Assembly: GCA_030037785.1 (NCBI GenBank)
Contig: JASHQA010000118.1
Coordinates: 1 to 59,779 of the forward strand
Reading direction: 5' to 3'
DNA length: 59,779 nt
Source: Streptosporangiaceae bacterium
GTDB taxonomy: Bacteria > Actinomycetota > Actinomycetes > Streptosporangiales > Streptosporangiaceae
Shown: piece after piece, positions 46,661-54,502 of the stretch
Layout: each line of letters opens with the position of its first letter
Position numbering within the stretch: position 1 is the stretch's first letter
Translations under genes and position numbers: made by a program
Notes under the pieces: generated by a model
Databases searched by the model: none
Seen by the model: only the letters and a program-made list of their open reading frames with translations
What the model was told of the DNA's origin: nothing

Positions 46661-47785
46661 GTGGGTCACGCTCAGGAGGGAACGGAGTTGTTTCCGGCCA
46701 GTCGGCTGCGCGCGGTCGCGGTCGCCGCAGGCACGGCCGGGCTGGACGCGCTGCTGCTCACGCCCGGGCCCGACCTGCGGTACGTGACCGGCTACAACGC
46801 GCACGAGTCCGAGCGGCTGACCTGCCTGGTGGTGCCGGCCGACGGGGAGCCTGTCCTCGTCGTGCCGCGACTGGAACTGCGGGGCGTGCACGCGTCACCC
46901 GCCGGCGCGCTCGACCTCGAGATCGTCGGCTGGGACGAGACCGACGACCCGTACGCGCTGGTGGCGCGCCGCCTCGGCAGCGTCGCGGCGGTGGGCCTGT
47001 CGGACCGGATGTGGGCGCTCATGGTGCTGCGACTGCGAGCCGCGCTGCCGGCCGCCCGGCAGGAGTTGGCCAGCGTCGCGGTGCGCGACCTGCGGGCGCG
47101 CAAGAGTGCGGCGGAAATCGAGGCGCTGCGCGCGGCGGGCGCGGCCATCGACCGGGTGCACGCACAGGTGCCGGGCTGGCTGCGGCCGGGGCGCACAGAG
47201 GCCGACGTGGCCGCCGACATCAGGGCGGCGATCCTGGCCGAAGGGCACGCCACCGCCGACTTCGCCATCGTCGGCTCGGGGCCGAACGGGGCTAGTCCGC
47301 ACCACACCGCCGCTGACCGGGTGCTCCAGCGCGGTGACACGGTGGTCGTCGACATCGGCGGGACCATGCCCACCGGATACTGCTCGGACTGCACCCGCAC
47401 CTACGCGATCGGGACGCCCCCCGCCGACGTGGCGGAGTACTACCAGGTGCTCAAGGACGCGCAGCAGGCGGCGTTCGCCGCGGTGCGCCCCGGCGTGACC
47501 GCAGAGTCGGTGGACGCGGCGGCCAGGGGGCCGATCAGCGCGGCGGGCTACGGCGACTACTTCGTGCACCGCACCGGGCACGGCATCGGCCTGGAGACGC
47601 ACGAGGATCCGTACATCGTGGCCGGCAACAGCGAGGCCCTGCAGCCCGGGCACGCGTTCTCGGTCGAGCCCGGCATCTATCCCGGCCCCAGCGGGGCACG
47701 GATCGAGGACATTGTCGTGTGCACGCCAGACGGCTGCGAGCGGCTGAACCAGGCCAGCCGCGAGCTGATCGTCGCGTCGGCCTGA
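46661..47785 (+). CDS. M24 family metallopeptidase (Xaa-Pro dipeptidase-like)
   Basis: Creatinase-like N-terminal domain, DIGGTM...GYCSDCTRT, HRTGHGIGLETHEDPY, SVEPGIY, ARIED. Confidence 0.85.
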   Translation: MGHAQEGTELFPASRLRAVAVAAGTAGLDALLLTPGPDLRYVTGYNAHESERLTCLVVPADGEPVLVVPRLELRGVHASPAGALDLEIVGWDETDDPYALVARRLGSVAAVGLSDRMWALMVLRLRAALPAARQELASVAVRDLRARKSAAEIEALRAAGAAIDRVHAQVPGWLRPGRTEADVAADIRAAILAEGHATADFAIVGSGPNGASPHHTAADRVLQRGDTVVVDIGGTMPTGYCSDCTRTYAIGTPPADVAEYYQVLKDAQQAAFAAVRPGVTAESVDAAARGPISAAGYGDYFVHRTGHGIGLETHEDPYIVAGNSEALQPGHAFSVEPGIYPGPSGARIEDIVVCTPDGCERLNQASRELIVASA

Positions 47786-48948
47786 TGCCCGGCGCGACAC
47801 GCGAGGCGCGTGACGACACCGCGGCTGCGCTGTTCGCGCTGACGAAGGAGATCGCGGACGCCGAGCTGCGGCCTGCAGTCGCGGACGCCGAGCGCGAGGC
47901 ATACTTCCCGCGGGCGCAGTTCCGCACGCTCGGCCGGGTCGGCCTGCTGAGCCTGCCCTACCCGGAGGACTACGGCGGCGGCGGTCAGCCCTACGAGACC
48001 TACCTGCAGGTGGTCGAGGAGCTGGCGACCGCGTGGCTGGCCGTCGGTCTCGGGGTCAGCGTGCACACGCTCAGCTGCTTCCCGATCGCGACGGCGGGCA
48101 CGGCGCAGCAACGCACCCGGTGGCTGCCCGACCTGCTCGGCGGCGACGTGCTAGGTGCCTACTGCCTGTCGGAGCCAGGCAGCGGCTCGGACGCGGCAGC
48201 GCTCGCAACCCGGGCGGTCGCCGACGGAGCCGAGTTCGTCGTCGACGGCGTGAAGGCCTGGACCACCCACGGCGGCCAGGCGGATTTCTACACGCTGTTC
48301 GCCCGCACGTCGGGTGACCCCGACGGGCCGAGCCGGTCGCGCGGCATCAGCTGCTTCCACGTCCCGGCCGGCACGCACGGCGTGTCCGCGGCTCCGCCGG
48401 AGCACAAGATGGGCATGCGCAGCTCGCCCACAGCGCAGGTCCGGTTCGAGTCGGCCAGGGTGCCGGCCGCGCAGCTGATCGGCGAGCCCGAGCACGGCTT
48501 TCCGATCGCGCTAGCTGCTCTGGATGCGGGCCGGCTCGGCATCGCCGCGTGCGCGACCGGCGTGGCCCAGGCCGCGCTGGACTGCGCCGTGTCCTACGCC
48601 GCGCAGCGGAGCCAGTTCGGTCGGTCGTTGATCGAGTTCGAGGGGCTGCAGTTCATGCTCGCGGACATGGCGACCGCCGTGGCCGCCGCGCGTGCCCTGT
48701 ACCTGAGCGCGGCGCGCCGCAAGGACGCTGGCCTGCCATACGGCCAGCAGGCGGCGATGGCCAAGCTCCTGGCGACCGATACTGCCATGCGTGTCACCAC
48801 CGATGCGGTGCAGGTGCTCGGCGGGTACGGGTACGTCGAGGACTATCCGGCCGAGCGGCTCATGCGCGAGGCGAAGGTGCTGCAGATCGTCGAGGGAACC
48901 AACCAGATTCAGCGCATGGTCATCGGCCGCCAGCTGGCGGCGCAGTGA
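47785..48948 (+). CDS. Acyl-CoA dehydrogenase
   Basis: TGATG junction with the peptidase gene. CLSEPGSGSD, GVKAWTTHG, QVLGGYGYVEDYPAERLMREAKVLQIVEGTNQIQR. Confidence 0.88.
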   Translation: MPGATREARDDTAAALFALTKEIADAELRPAVADAEREAYFPRAQFRTLGRVGLLSLPYPEDYGGGGQPYETYLQVVEELATAWLAVGLGVSVHTLSCFPIATAGTAQQRTRWLPDLLGGDVLGAYCLSEPGSGSDAAALATRAVADGAEFVVDGVKAWTTHGGQADFYTLFARTSGDPDGPSRSRGISCFHVPAGTHGVSAAPPEHKMGMRSSPTAQVRFESARVPAAQLIGEPEHGFPIALAALDAGRLGIAACATGVAQAALDCAVSYAAQRSQFGRSLIEFEGLQFMLADMATAVAAARALYLSAARRKDAGLPYGQQAAMAKLLATDTAMRVTTDAVQVLGGYGYVEDYPAERLMREAKVLQIVEGTNQIQRMVIGRQLAAQ

Positions 48949-48967
48949 TCGCCGGGGCCACGGGCGG

Positions 48968-50164
48968 CTAGTTCGCCGGGTGGCCGATCGCCAGGCCGCT
49001 CGCCGGGTCAAAGAACTGCAGGTTGGCGGTGTTCACCGCGAGCGTGGCCGACGAGCCCGGCCTGATCCTGCTGCGCGCCGCGACCCTGGCCGTCCAGAGC
49101 GTCTTGTTGCCGGCCAGCGGAATGGTCCCGTCCTCGCCGTCGTCGGCCCTGGCGTCGCTGATGCTGGCGTGCTGCACCGCAGGCGCGTCGACGGCAAAGA
49201 TCACCTGGACCTCGCTGCCGAGTTCCTCGGTGACGCTGGACTCGACTGTCATGCGCGGCCAGGTCGGCTCTGCGAGCTCGGCGTCCTCGAAGTCGGACGG
49301 CCGGATGCCGAGGATCACCTCGCGGCCGACGTAGCCGTCGAGCCCCTGCCGCGCCTCGACGGCCCGATCCGGCACGGCGAGCTTGTACCCGGCGAAGACC
49401 GCGGCCGGTCCGTCGTCGCGGACGAGCTCGGCCGCGGTGAAGTTCATCGCGGGCGAGCCGATGAAGCCGGCGACGAACAGGTTGACCGGAGCGTTGTACA
49501 GCGCCTGCGGCGTGTCCACCTGCTGGAGCTTGCCGTCGCGGAGCACGCAGACCCGCTGCCCGAGGGTCATCGCCTCGACTTGATCGTGGGTGACGTAGAC
49601 GGTGGTCACGCCGAGTCGCTCGTGCAGCTGGGACAGCGACGCGCGCATCGAGACGCGCAGCTTGGCGTCGAGGTTGGGCAGCGGCTCGTCCATGAGGAAC
49701 GCCTGCGGCTCGCGCACGATGGCGCGGCCCATCGCGACGCGCTGCCGCTGGCCGCCCGACAGCGCGGCCGGCTTGCGCTTGAGGTAGTCCTCCAGACCGA
49801 GCATCTTGGCTATCTCGGTGACCCGCCGCCTGATCTCGTCCTTGGGCGTCTTGCGCTGCTGCAGGCCGAACGCGAGATTCTGCTCGACCGTCATGTGCGG
49901 ATAGAGCGCGTAATTCTGGAACACCATGGCGATGTCGCGGTCCTTGGGCGGCAGGTCGTTCACCACCCGGTCGCCGATGGTGATGGTGCCGGAGGAGATC
50001 TCCTCCAGGCCCGCGATCGACCGCAGCGCGGTGGACTTGCCGCAGCCCGACGGGCCGACGAGCACCATGAATTCGCTGTCGGCGATGGCCAGGGTCAGGT
50101 TGTCGATGCCCTTGACGCCGCCCGGGTAGACCTTGTCGACGTGCTCGAGCCCGATCTTCGCCAT
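48968..50164 (-). CDS. Sugar-type ABC transporter ATP-binding protein (MsiK/MalK/UgpC family), stand-alone
   Basis: GPSGCGKST, LSGGQRQRVAMGRA, FLMDEPLPNLDAKLR and a MalK-like regulatory C-terminal domain. No adjacent permease or SBP genes. Confidence 0.88.
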   Translation of the reverse strand: MAKIGLEHVDKVYPGGVKGIDNLTLAIADSEFMVLVGPSGCGKSTALRSIAGLEEISSGTITIGDRVVNDLPPKDRDIAMVFQNYALYPHMTVEQNLAFGLQQRKTPKDEIRRRVTEIAKMLGLEDYLKRKPAALSGGQRQRVAMGRAIVREPQAFLMDEPLPNLDAKLRVSMRASLSQLHERLGVTTVYVTHDQVEAMTLGQRVCVLRDGKLQQVDTPQALYNAPVNLFVAGFIGSPAMNFTAAELVRDDGPAAVFAGYKLAVPDRAVEARQGLDGYVGREVILGIRPSDFEDAELAEPTWPRMTVESSVTEELGSEVQVIFAVDAPAVQHASISDARADDGEDGTIPLAGNKTLWTARVAARSRIRPGSSATLAVNTANLQFFDPASGLAIGHPAN

Positions 50165-50173
50165 GCCGACCTC

Positions 50174-50219
50174 GCTCCGCAGCTGGCTCGGCCCCGAAAG
50201 GCCGGCGACTGCCCGGAGC
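50174..50219 (-). promoter_or_regulatory. Nested hairpin in the 5' UTR of the MsiK-like gene whose 3' arm overlaps the SD-like purine run
   Basis: Minus strand: GCUCCG...(CGGCC-uuucgg-GGCCG)...CGGAGC, then GAGGUCGGC-AUG. Outer 6-bp stem plus inner 5-bp stem. Confidence 0.35.
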
Positions 50220-50343
50220 GTACTTGTACGTCCGCCGATGCGGCTATCGAGCGGACCGTCATGTTACGGTAGTGTAAACGTCGTTACCATTTCGTTAGCG
50301 GGTCACGAAGGCAGGCGGCAGGGCTGCCACGTAACGTTGCCGC

Positions 50344-50802
50344 GTGGAAGAGATCAACGCGACGATTGTCTCGCTGCTCGCCCGGGATGGCCGGATGAGC
50401 TTTACCGAGCTCGCCCGCCGCACCGGCCTGTCAGTATCCGCCGCGCAGCAGCGCGTCCGCAGGCTTGAGCAGCGCGGCGTGATCAGGGGCTACGGTGCCC
50501 TCGTCAGTGCCGAGGGGATCGGCCTGCCGCTGACCGCGTTCGTGTCTATCAAGCCGTTCGACCCGGCCGCTCCGGACGACGCTCCGGAGCGCTTGCAGCA
50601 CCTGACCGCCATCGAGGCCTGTCACAGCGTCGCGGGGGACGAGAGTTACATACTCAAGGTACGCGTGTCGTCGCCGGGAGCGCTCGAGGAACTGCTTCAG
50701 GAGATCAGGGCCGCCGCCAACGTGTCGACGCATACCACGATCGTGCTGAGCACGCCGTTTGAGAACCGTCCGCCGCACATCTCCGCTACCGCGCTCGACT
50801 AG
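50344..50802 (+). CDS. Lrp/AsnC family transcriptional regulator
   Basis: HTH (MSFTELARRTGLSVSAAQQRVRRLEQRGVI) plus an RAM/AsnC_trans_reg C-terminal domain. Confidence 0.88.
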   Translation: MEEINATIVSLLARDGRMSFTELARRTGLSVSAAQQRVRRLEQRGVIRGYGALVSAEGIGLPLTAFVSIKPFDPAAPDDAPERLQHLTAIEACHSVAGDESYILKVRVSSPGALEELLQEIRAAANVSTHTTIVLSTPFENRPPHISATALD

Positions 50803-50831
50803 GCGGTGTCTCGGCAACAGCTCCGCAGACA

Positions 50832-50860
50832 TTGCCGTGCTGATACCAGCGTCGTATCAT
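50832..50860 (+). promoter_or_regulatory. Candidate sigma-70-type promoter for the downstream ABC exporter pair
   Basis: TTGCCG (50832-50837), exactly 17 nt, TATCAT (50855-50860), 50 nt before ATG 50911. Overlapped by inverted repeats CTGATA/TATCAG (50840-50845/50866-50871) and TATCA-tag-TGATA (50855-50867). Confidence 0.4.
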
Positions 50861-50910
50861 AGTGATATCAGTTTTACGGAGATGCCAGCGGTTCCGGTAG
50901 GGAGGCAGTC

Positions 50911-51744
50911 ATGAGCGCACCGGCAAGCGGGCTCACCGGGTGGAACGAACGGCCTCGAACAGCAGGCTCCGCGATCACGGTGCGCGGCCTCAGGAAGAGC
51001 TTTGGCGGCGATAGCGCAGCCGGGCCGAAGACGGCGGTCGACGGGATCGACCTGGACATCGCCGCGGGGTCGCTCGCCGGCCTGGTCGGTCCCAACGGCG
51101 CCGGCAAGACCACGTCGCTGTCGATGATGACTGGCCTGCTGCGGCCGGACGGCGGACAGATCCTGCTGGGCGGGCTCGACGTGTGGACTGATCCGGTCGC
51201 CGCAAAGGCCATGATCGGCGTGGTGCCGGCCGAGGCCCGGCTGTTCGATCGGCTGAGCGGTGCCGAGGTGCTCGAGTACTCAGGGCGGCTGCACGGCCTG
51301 CCGGCGGCCGAGGCGCGGTCACGCGCGACGCAGCTGCTAGACGTGCTCGACCTGACGGCGGACGCGAAGCGGCTGGTGGCCGACTACTCCACCGGCATGC
51401 GGAAGAAGGCCGCGCTCGGCTGCGCGCTGATCCACAACCCGTCGGTGCTGTTCCTCGACGAGCCGCTCGAGGGCGTCGATCCGATCTCGGCCGACGTGAT
51501 CCGGCGGCTGCTCACCCGGTTCGCGGACTCGGGCTCGACGGTGCTGTTTTCCAGCCACGTCATGGAACTGGTCGAGCAAGTCTGTGACCACGTGACGATC
51601 ATCGACCGGGGCAAGATCGTCGCCACCGGTACGACCGACGAAGTGCGTGCCGGGAAGACCCTGCAGCAGGCGTTCATCGACCTGGTGGGACCGCGGGCGA
51701 CCGACGAGGAGGTGCTGTCATGGCTCGGCTCCTCGTCCAGCTGA
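50911..51744 (+). CDS. ABC transporter ATP-binding protein (exporter type)
   Basis: GPNGAGKTT, YSTGMRKKAALGCAL, VLFLDEPLEGVD. GGGAGG RBS. Confidence 0.88.
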   Translation: MSAPASGLTGWNERPRTAGSAITVRGLRKSFGGDSAAGPKTAVDGIDLDIAAGSLAGLVGPNGAGKTTSLSMMTGLLRPDGGQILLGGLDVWTDPVAAKAMIGVVPAEARLFDRLSGAEVLEYSGRLHGLPAAEARSRATQLLDVLDLTADAKRLVADYSTGMRKKAALGCALIHNPSVLFLDEPLEGVDPISADVIRRLLTRFADSGSTVLFSSHVMELVEQVCDHVTIIDRGKIVATGTTDEVRAGKTLQQAFIDLVGPRATDEEVLSWLGSSSS

Positions 51745-53309
51745 AGCTGCGGCTGCTGGTCAACGCGCTGAAGTCGTCTGCAGCCGTGCAGGCATCTTTC
51801 ATCATCAGCTGCTTCTTCGCCATCGTGCTGGCGGTCGGCGGTTTCCTGGTGCTGTCGCTGTTCCGCGGCAGCGCGACATCCGTCGACGTGACCACGGTCA
51901 TCTTTACCTTCTTCGCCTTCGGCTGGCTCATCCTGCCGATCTTCGCGTTCGGGCTCGACAGCACGCTGGACCCGACTACGTTGCAGCTCTATCCGCTGCG
52001 CACCCGCCCGCTGGCGGTGGGGTTGCTGGCCGCGTCCTGCACCGGCGCCTGGCCGATCGCGAACGTCATCGCCCTGCTCGGCGTCACCGTGGGGCTGGCG
52101 AGCGGATCGGTCGGCGTGCTGATCGCGATCGTCGCTGTGCTGCTTCAGGTGCTGTTCTGCCTCGTCCTGGCCAGGTTCGTGACCACCGCGATGGCCAGGC
52201 TGCTGCGCTCCCGTCGCGGCCGCGACCTGGGGGTATTCCTCATCGTGCCGATCTTCGCGCTGTACGAGTTCTTCGCTCAGGTGGTGCCGAGGCTGCTCGC
52301 GTCGGGCAGCTTGCACGCGTCGAGCTTCAACGGCTTCGACGCGTGGATGCGCTGGCTCCCGCCGGGTCTGGCCGCGCACGCGATCCGGGACGCGTCGACC
52401 GGACACGCTGGCACCGCGCTGCTGCGGCTCGTGATCCTCGCGGCGGTCATCGTGGCGCTCGGCGCGCTGTGGATACGCTCGCTCAACCGCGCCATGGTCA
52501 CTGCCGATACGACCACCGGGTCGTCCCGGGTGCGGGGCGGAGCGCTGCCGTTCGCCCGGCCCGGCGCCTTGGCCGCCGTCGCCGCGCGGTTCTGGATCTA
52601 CCAGCGCCGCGACCCGACGTCGCTGGTCTACTGGCTGCTCACCGCCGTGATCATGGCCGTGGTCTCGGCCAGCGCGATCCTCGGCAAGCAGCACCATCCC
52701 GCCGTGCTGCTGGCGAGCGCGGTGTTCGGCGCAGCGTTCGTCGGCTACTTCCACGCCAATGCGGTCGGCCAGACCGGGCCGGCGTTCATCTACGAGGCTG
52801 CGGCCCTCACCGGCCGCCGGGAGCTGCGCTCGTACTTCTGGGGGCAGGACATCGCGCTCGGCGTGATCGCCGTGCCGCTGCTGTTCGCCGTCTCCCTCGG
52901 CCTGGCAGCAGCGGTCGGCCGGGTTGAATACGGGCTCTTCGTCGCGGCCGTCGCCCTGGCGGGGCTCGGCGCGGGCTTGGGCATCTGCAACATCCTGACG
53001 GCGACCGCCGCGTTCCCGATGGTCAAGCGGGCGGGAAACCCGATGCGGCAGCCTGCGCCTGGCTATCAGGCCTACGGGATCGGCGGCGTGCTCGCCAACC
53101 TCGCGACCGTCGCGGTGACCGCGATACCGATGATCGTGGCCGTGGTTCTCCTCGGCCAGCATCCGGCCGTGGCGTGGTACCCGGTGCTGCTCTGCTGCGG
53201 CATCGGGTACGGCTTCGGGCTGCTCTACCTCGGCGTGCGGCTCGCCGCCATCGCGGCCACGCAGAAGCTGCCGGAACTGTGCCAGGTCGCGCTGGCCAGT
53301 CAGCTGTGA
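51720..53309 (+). CDS. ABC exporter permease-like polytopic membrane protein
   Basis: Overlaps the ATPase gene by 25 nt. MARLLVQLKLRLLVNALK... N-terminus and about 12 hydrophobic spans. Confidence 0.7.
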   Translation: MARLLVQLKLRLLVNALKSSAAVQASFIISCFFAIVLAVGGFLVLSLFRGSATSVDVTTVIFTFFAFGWLILPIFAFGLDSTLDPTTLQLYPLRTRPLAVGLLAASCTGAWPIANVIALLGVTVGLASGSVGVLIAIVAVLLQVLFCLVLARFVTTAMARLLRSRRGRDLGVFLIVPIFALYEFFAQVVPRLLASGSLHASSFNGFDAWMRWLPPGLAAHAIRDASTGHAGTALLRLVILAAVIVALGALWIRSLNRAMVTADTTTGSSRVRGGALPFARPGALAAVAARFWIYQRRDPTSLVYWLLTAVIMAVVSASAILGKQHHPAVLLASAVFGAAFVGYFHANAVGQTGPAFIYEAAALTGRRELRSYFWGQDIALGVIAVPLLFAVSLGLAAAVGRVEYGLFVAAVALAGLGAGLGICNILTATAAFPMVKRAGNPMRQPAPGYQAYGIGGVLANLATVAVTAIPMIVAVVLLGQHPAVAWYPVLLCCGIGYGFGLLYLGVRLAAIAATQKLPELCQVALASQL

Positions 53310-53313
53310 CGGG

Positions 53314-54171
53314 CTAGGCGACCGGAAACAGCCGGAGCGACTCGGCGCTGCGCACCGCGACACCGAGCGGCACGATCGCCGCGGTGCCGCCGTGCTCGGT
53401 CGCCGCGGTTGCCAGCTCGTCGATGCTGGCCACCGCGGCGACGGTGGCGCCGCTCAGCAGGGCGTGGTCGACGAGCGCGGTGTACGACCGGCCGTCGCCC
53501 ACCGGCGGTGCGGCCAGCACGATGTCCCGCTCGGTGACATCGGCGGTGCTGCGCAGGTCGGTGAGCTGGGCAGCCAGGTCGAGGTGCGTGAGCCCGAGCG
53601 GGCGCAGCGTGCCGTCGCCGGTGCGCCGGTAGGGCAGCAGCGCGAGATCGTGCGGGCGAGCGGTGGGTGGCTGCAGCGAGCCCATGCCGAGTAGTGAGCT
53701 GAACGGTGTCGTGGCCGGCGCCTCACCGAACGAGATCACCTGCCGGACCCAGGAGCGCTCCGCGGCGGCGATCGCTGCGCAGGCGAACGGCGCGGCGGTG
53801 AGCAGCATCCGTGCGCCGCAGTCGGCGAGCTGACCGGCCGCCTCGCCGACCGAGAGCTCCGGGGCGACCGGGCACGGGACGCCGCCGGCGGCGCTGATCG
53901 CGTGACAGGCGAGCACGTACGAGGCCCCGTCGCGCACGTACACGCCCACGACGTCGCGTGGCCTCAGTCCCCGCCAGGCGAGTCCGGCCGCGGCGCGCTG
54001 GATGGTGCTCGCCAGCTCGGCGTAGCTGTACGGCTCGCCGGGGGCCGGTCCGATCAGCGCGGGACGACTGCCGTGCGCCGTCGCCGTCTCGACCAGTTGC
54101 TGCGTGACCGTGAGGTCCGTCATCGCTGTCACCGTCATGTCCGTTACCCTCGCCACCGCCCTCACATCCAA
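53314..54171 (-). CDS. AMP-binding (ANL superfamily) N-terminal-half protein with degenerate P-loop; possible gene remnant
   Basis: GSRPALIG...YSYAELAS...GLRPRDVVGVYV... aligns to the ANL N-terminal domain. The (S/T)SG(S/T)TGxPKG position reads YRRTGDGTLRPLG. The ORF stops about where motif A5 would follow, 4 nt from the convergent permease stop. Likely start ATG 54123 or 54138. Confidence 0.5.
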   Translation of the reverse strand: MDVRAVARVTDMTVTAMTDLTVTQQLVETATAHGSRPALIGPAPGEPYSYAELASTIQRAAAGLAWRGLRPRDVVGVYVRDGASYVLACHAISAAGGVPCPVAPELSVGEAAGQLADCGARMLLTAAPFACAAIAAAERSWVRQVISFGEAPATTPFSSLLGMGSLQPPTARPHDLALLPYRRTGDGTLRPLGLTHLDLAAQLTDLRSTADVTERDIVLAAPPVGDGRSYTALVDHALLSGATVAAVASIDELATAATEHGGTAAIVPLGVAVRSAESLRLFPVA

Positions 54172-54264
54172 CCCTGTCCGCTCGCAGCCGTCGTCATGAC
54201 GGTACGGCTACCCGGCCCGCGGCCACATCATCAGGATTATGTAGCCGGGTATGTATTCGGAGTC

Positions 54265-54297
54265 GTGGCCGGCCATCCCCCTCTGATGGCCGGCCAC
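54265..54297 (-). terminator. Strong hairpin downstream of the LuxR-family gene
   Basis: GTGGCCGGCCAT-ccccctctg-ATGGCCGGCCAC, 12-bp perfect stem, about 205 nt after the regulator stop. Confidence 0.4.
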
Positions 54298-54502
54298 CAC
54301 GATGACTCTCGAACTGCGGCCACGCTACGGATCGATGGCACGCGCCGGCATCGGCCGAATGGGCCATTCCGCTATGCAGTTTCTGAACCGGAGCCGCGGC
54401 CGAAACGTGCAGGCCAGCGCTCTGGCCGGCTACATACGCGGCGCGCGACCGGTCTGGGTATGCACGGGACGAGCCGGGATGTGTACACCCGGCCGAGCGT
54501 CG

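Noticed and set aside
13352-54216. The exact 12-mer CGGCTACCCGGC occurs in two intergenic regions (13352-13363 and 54205-54216), suggesting a REP-like element.
   Set aside because: Hundreds of chance 12-mer repeats are expected in 60 kb on both strands, and the flanks do not match.
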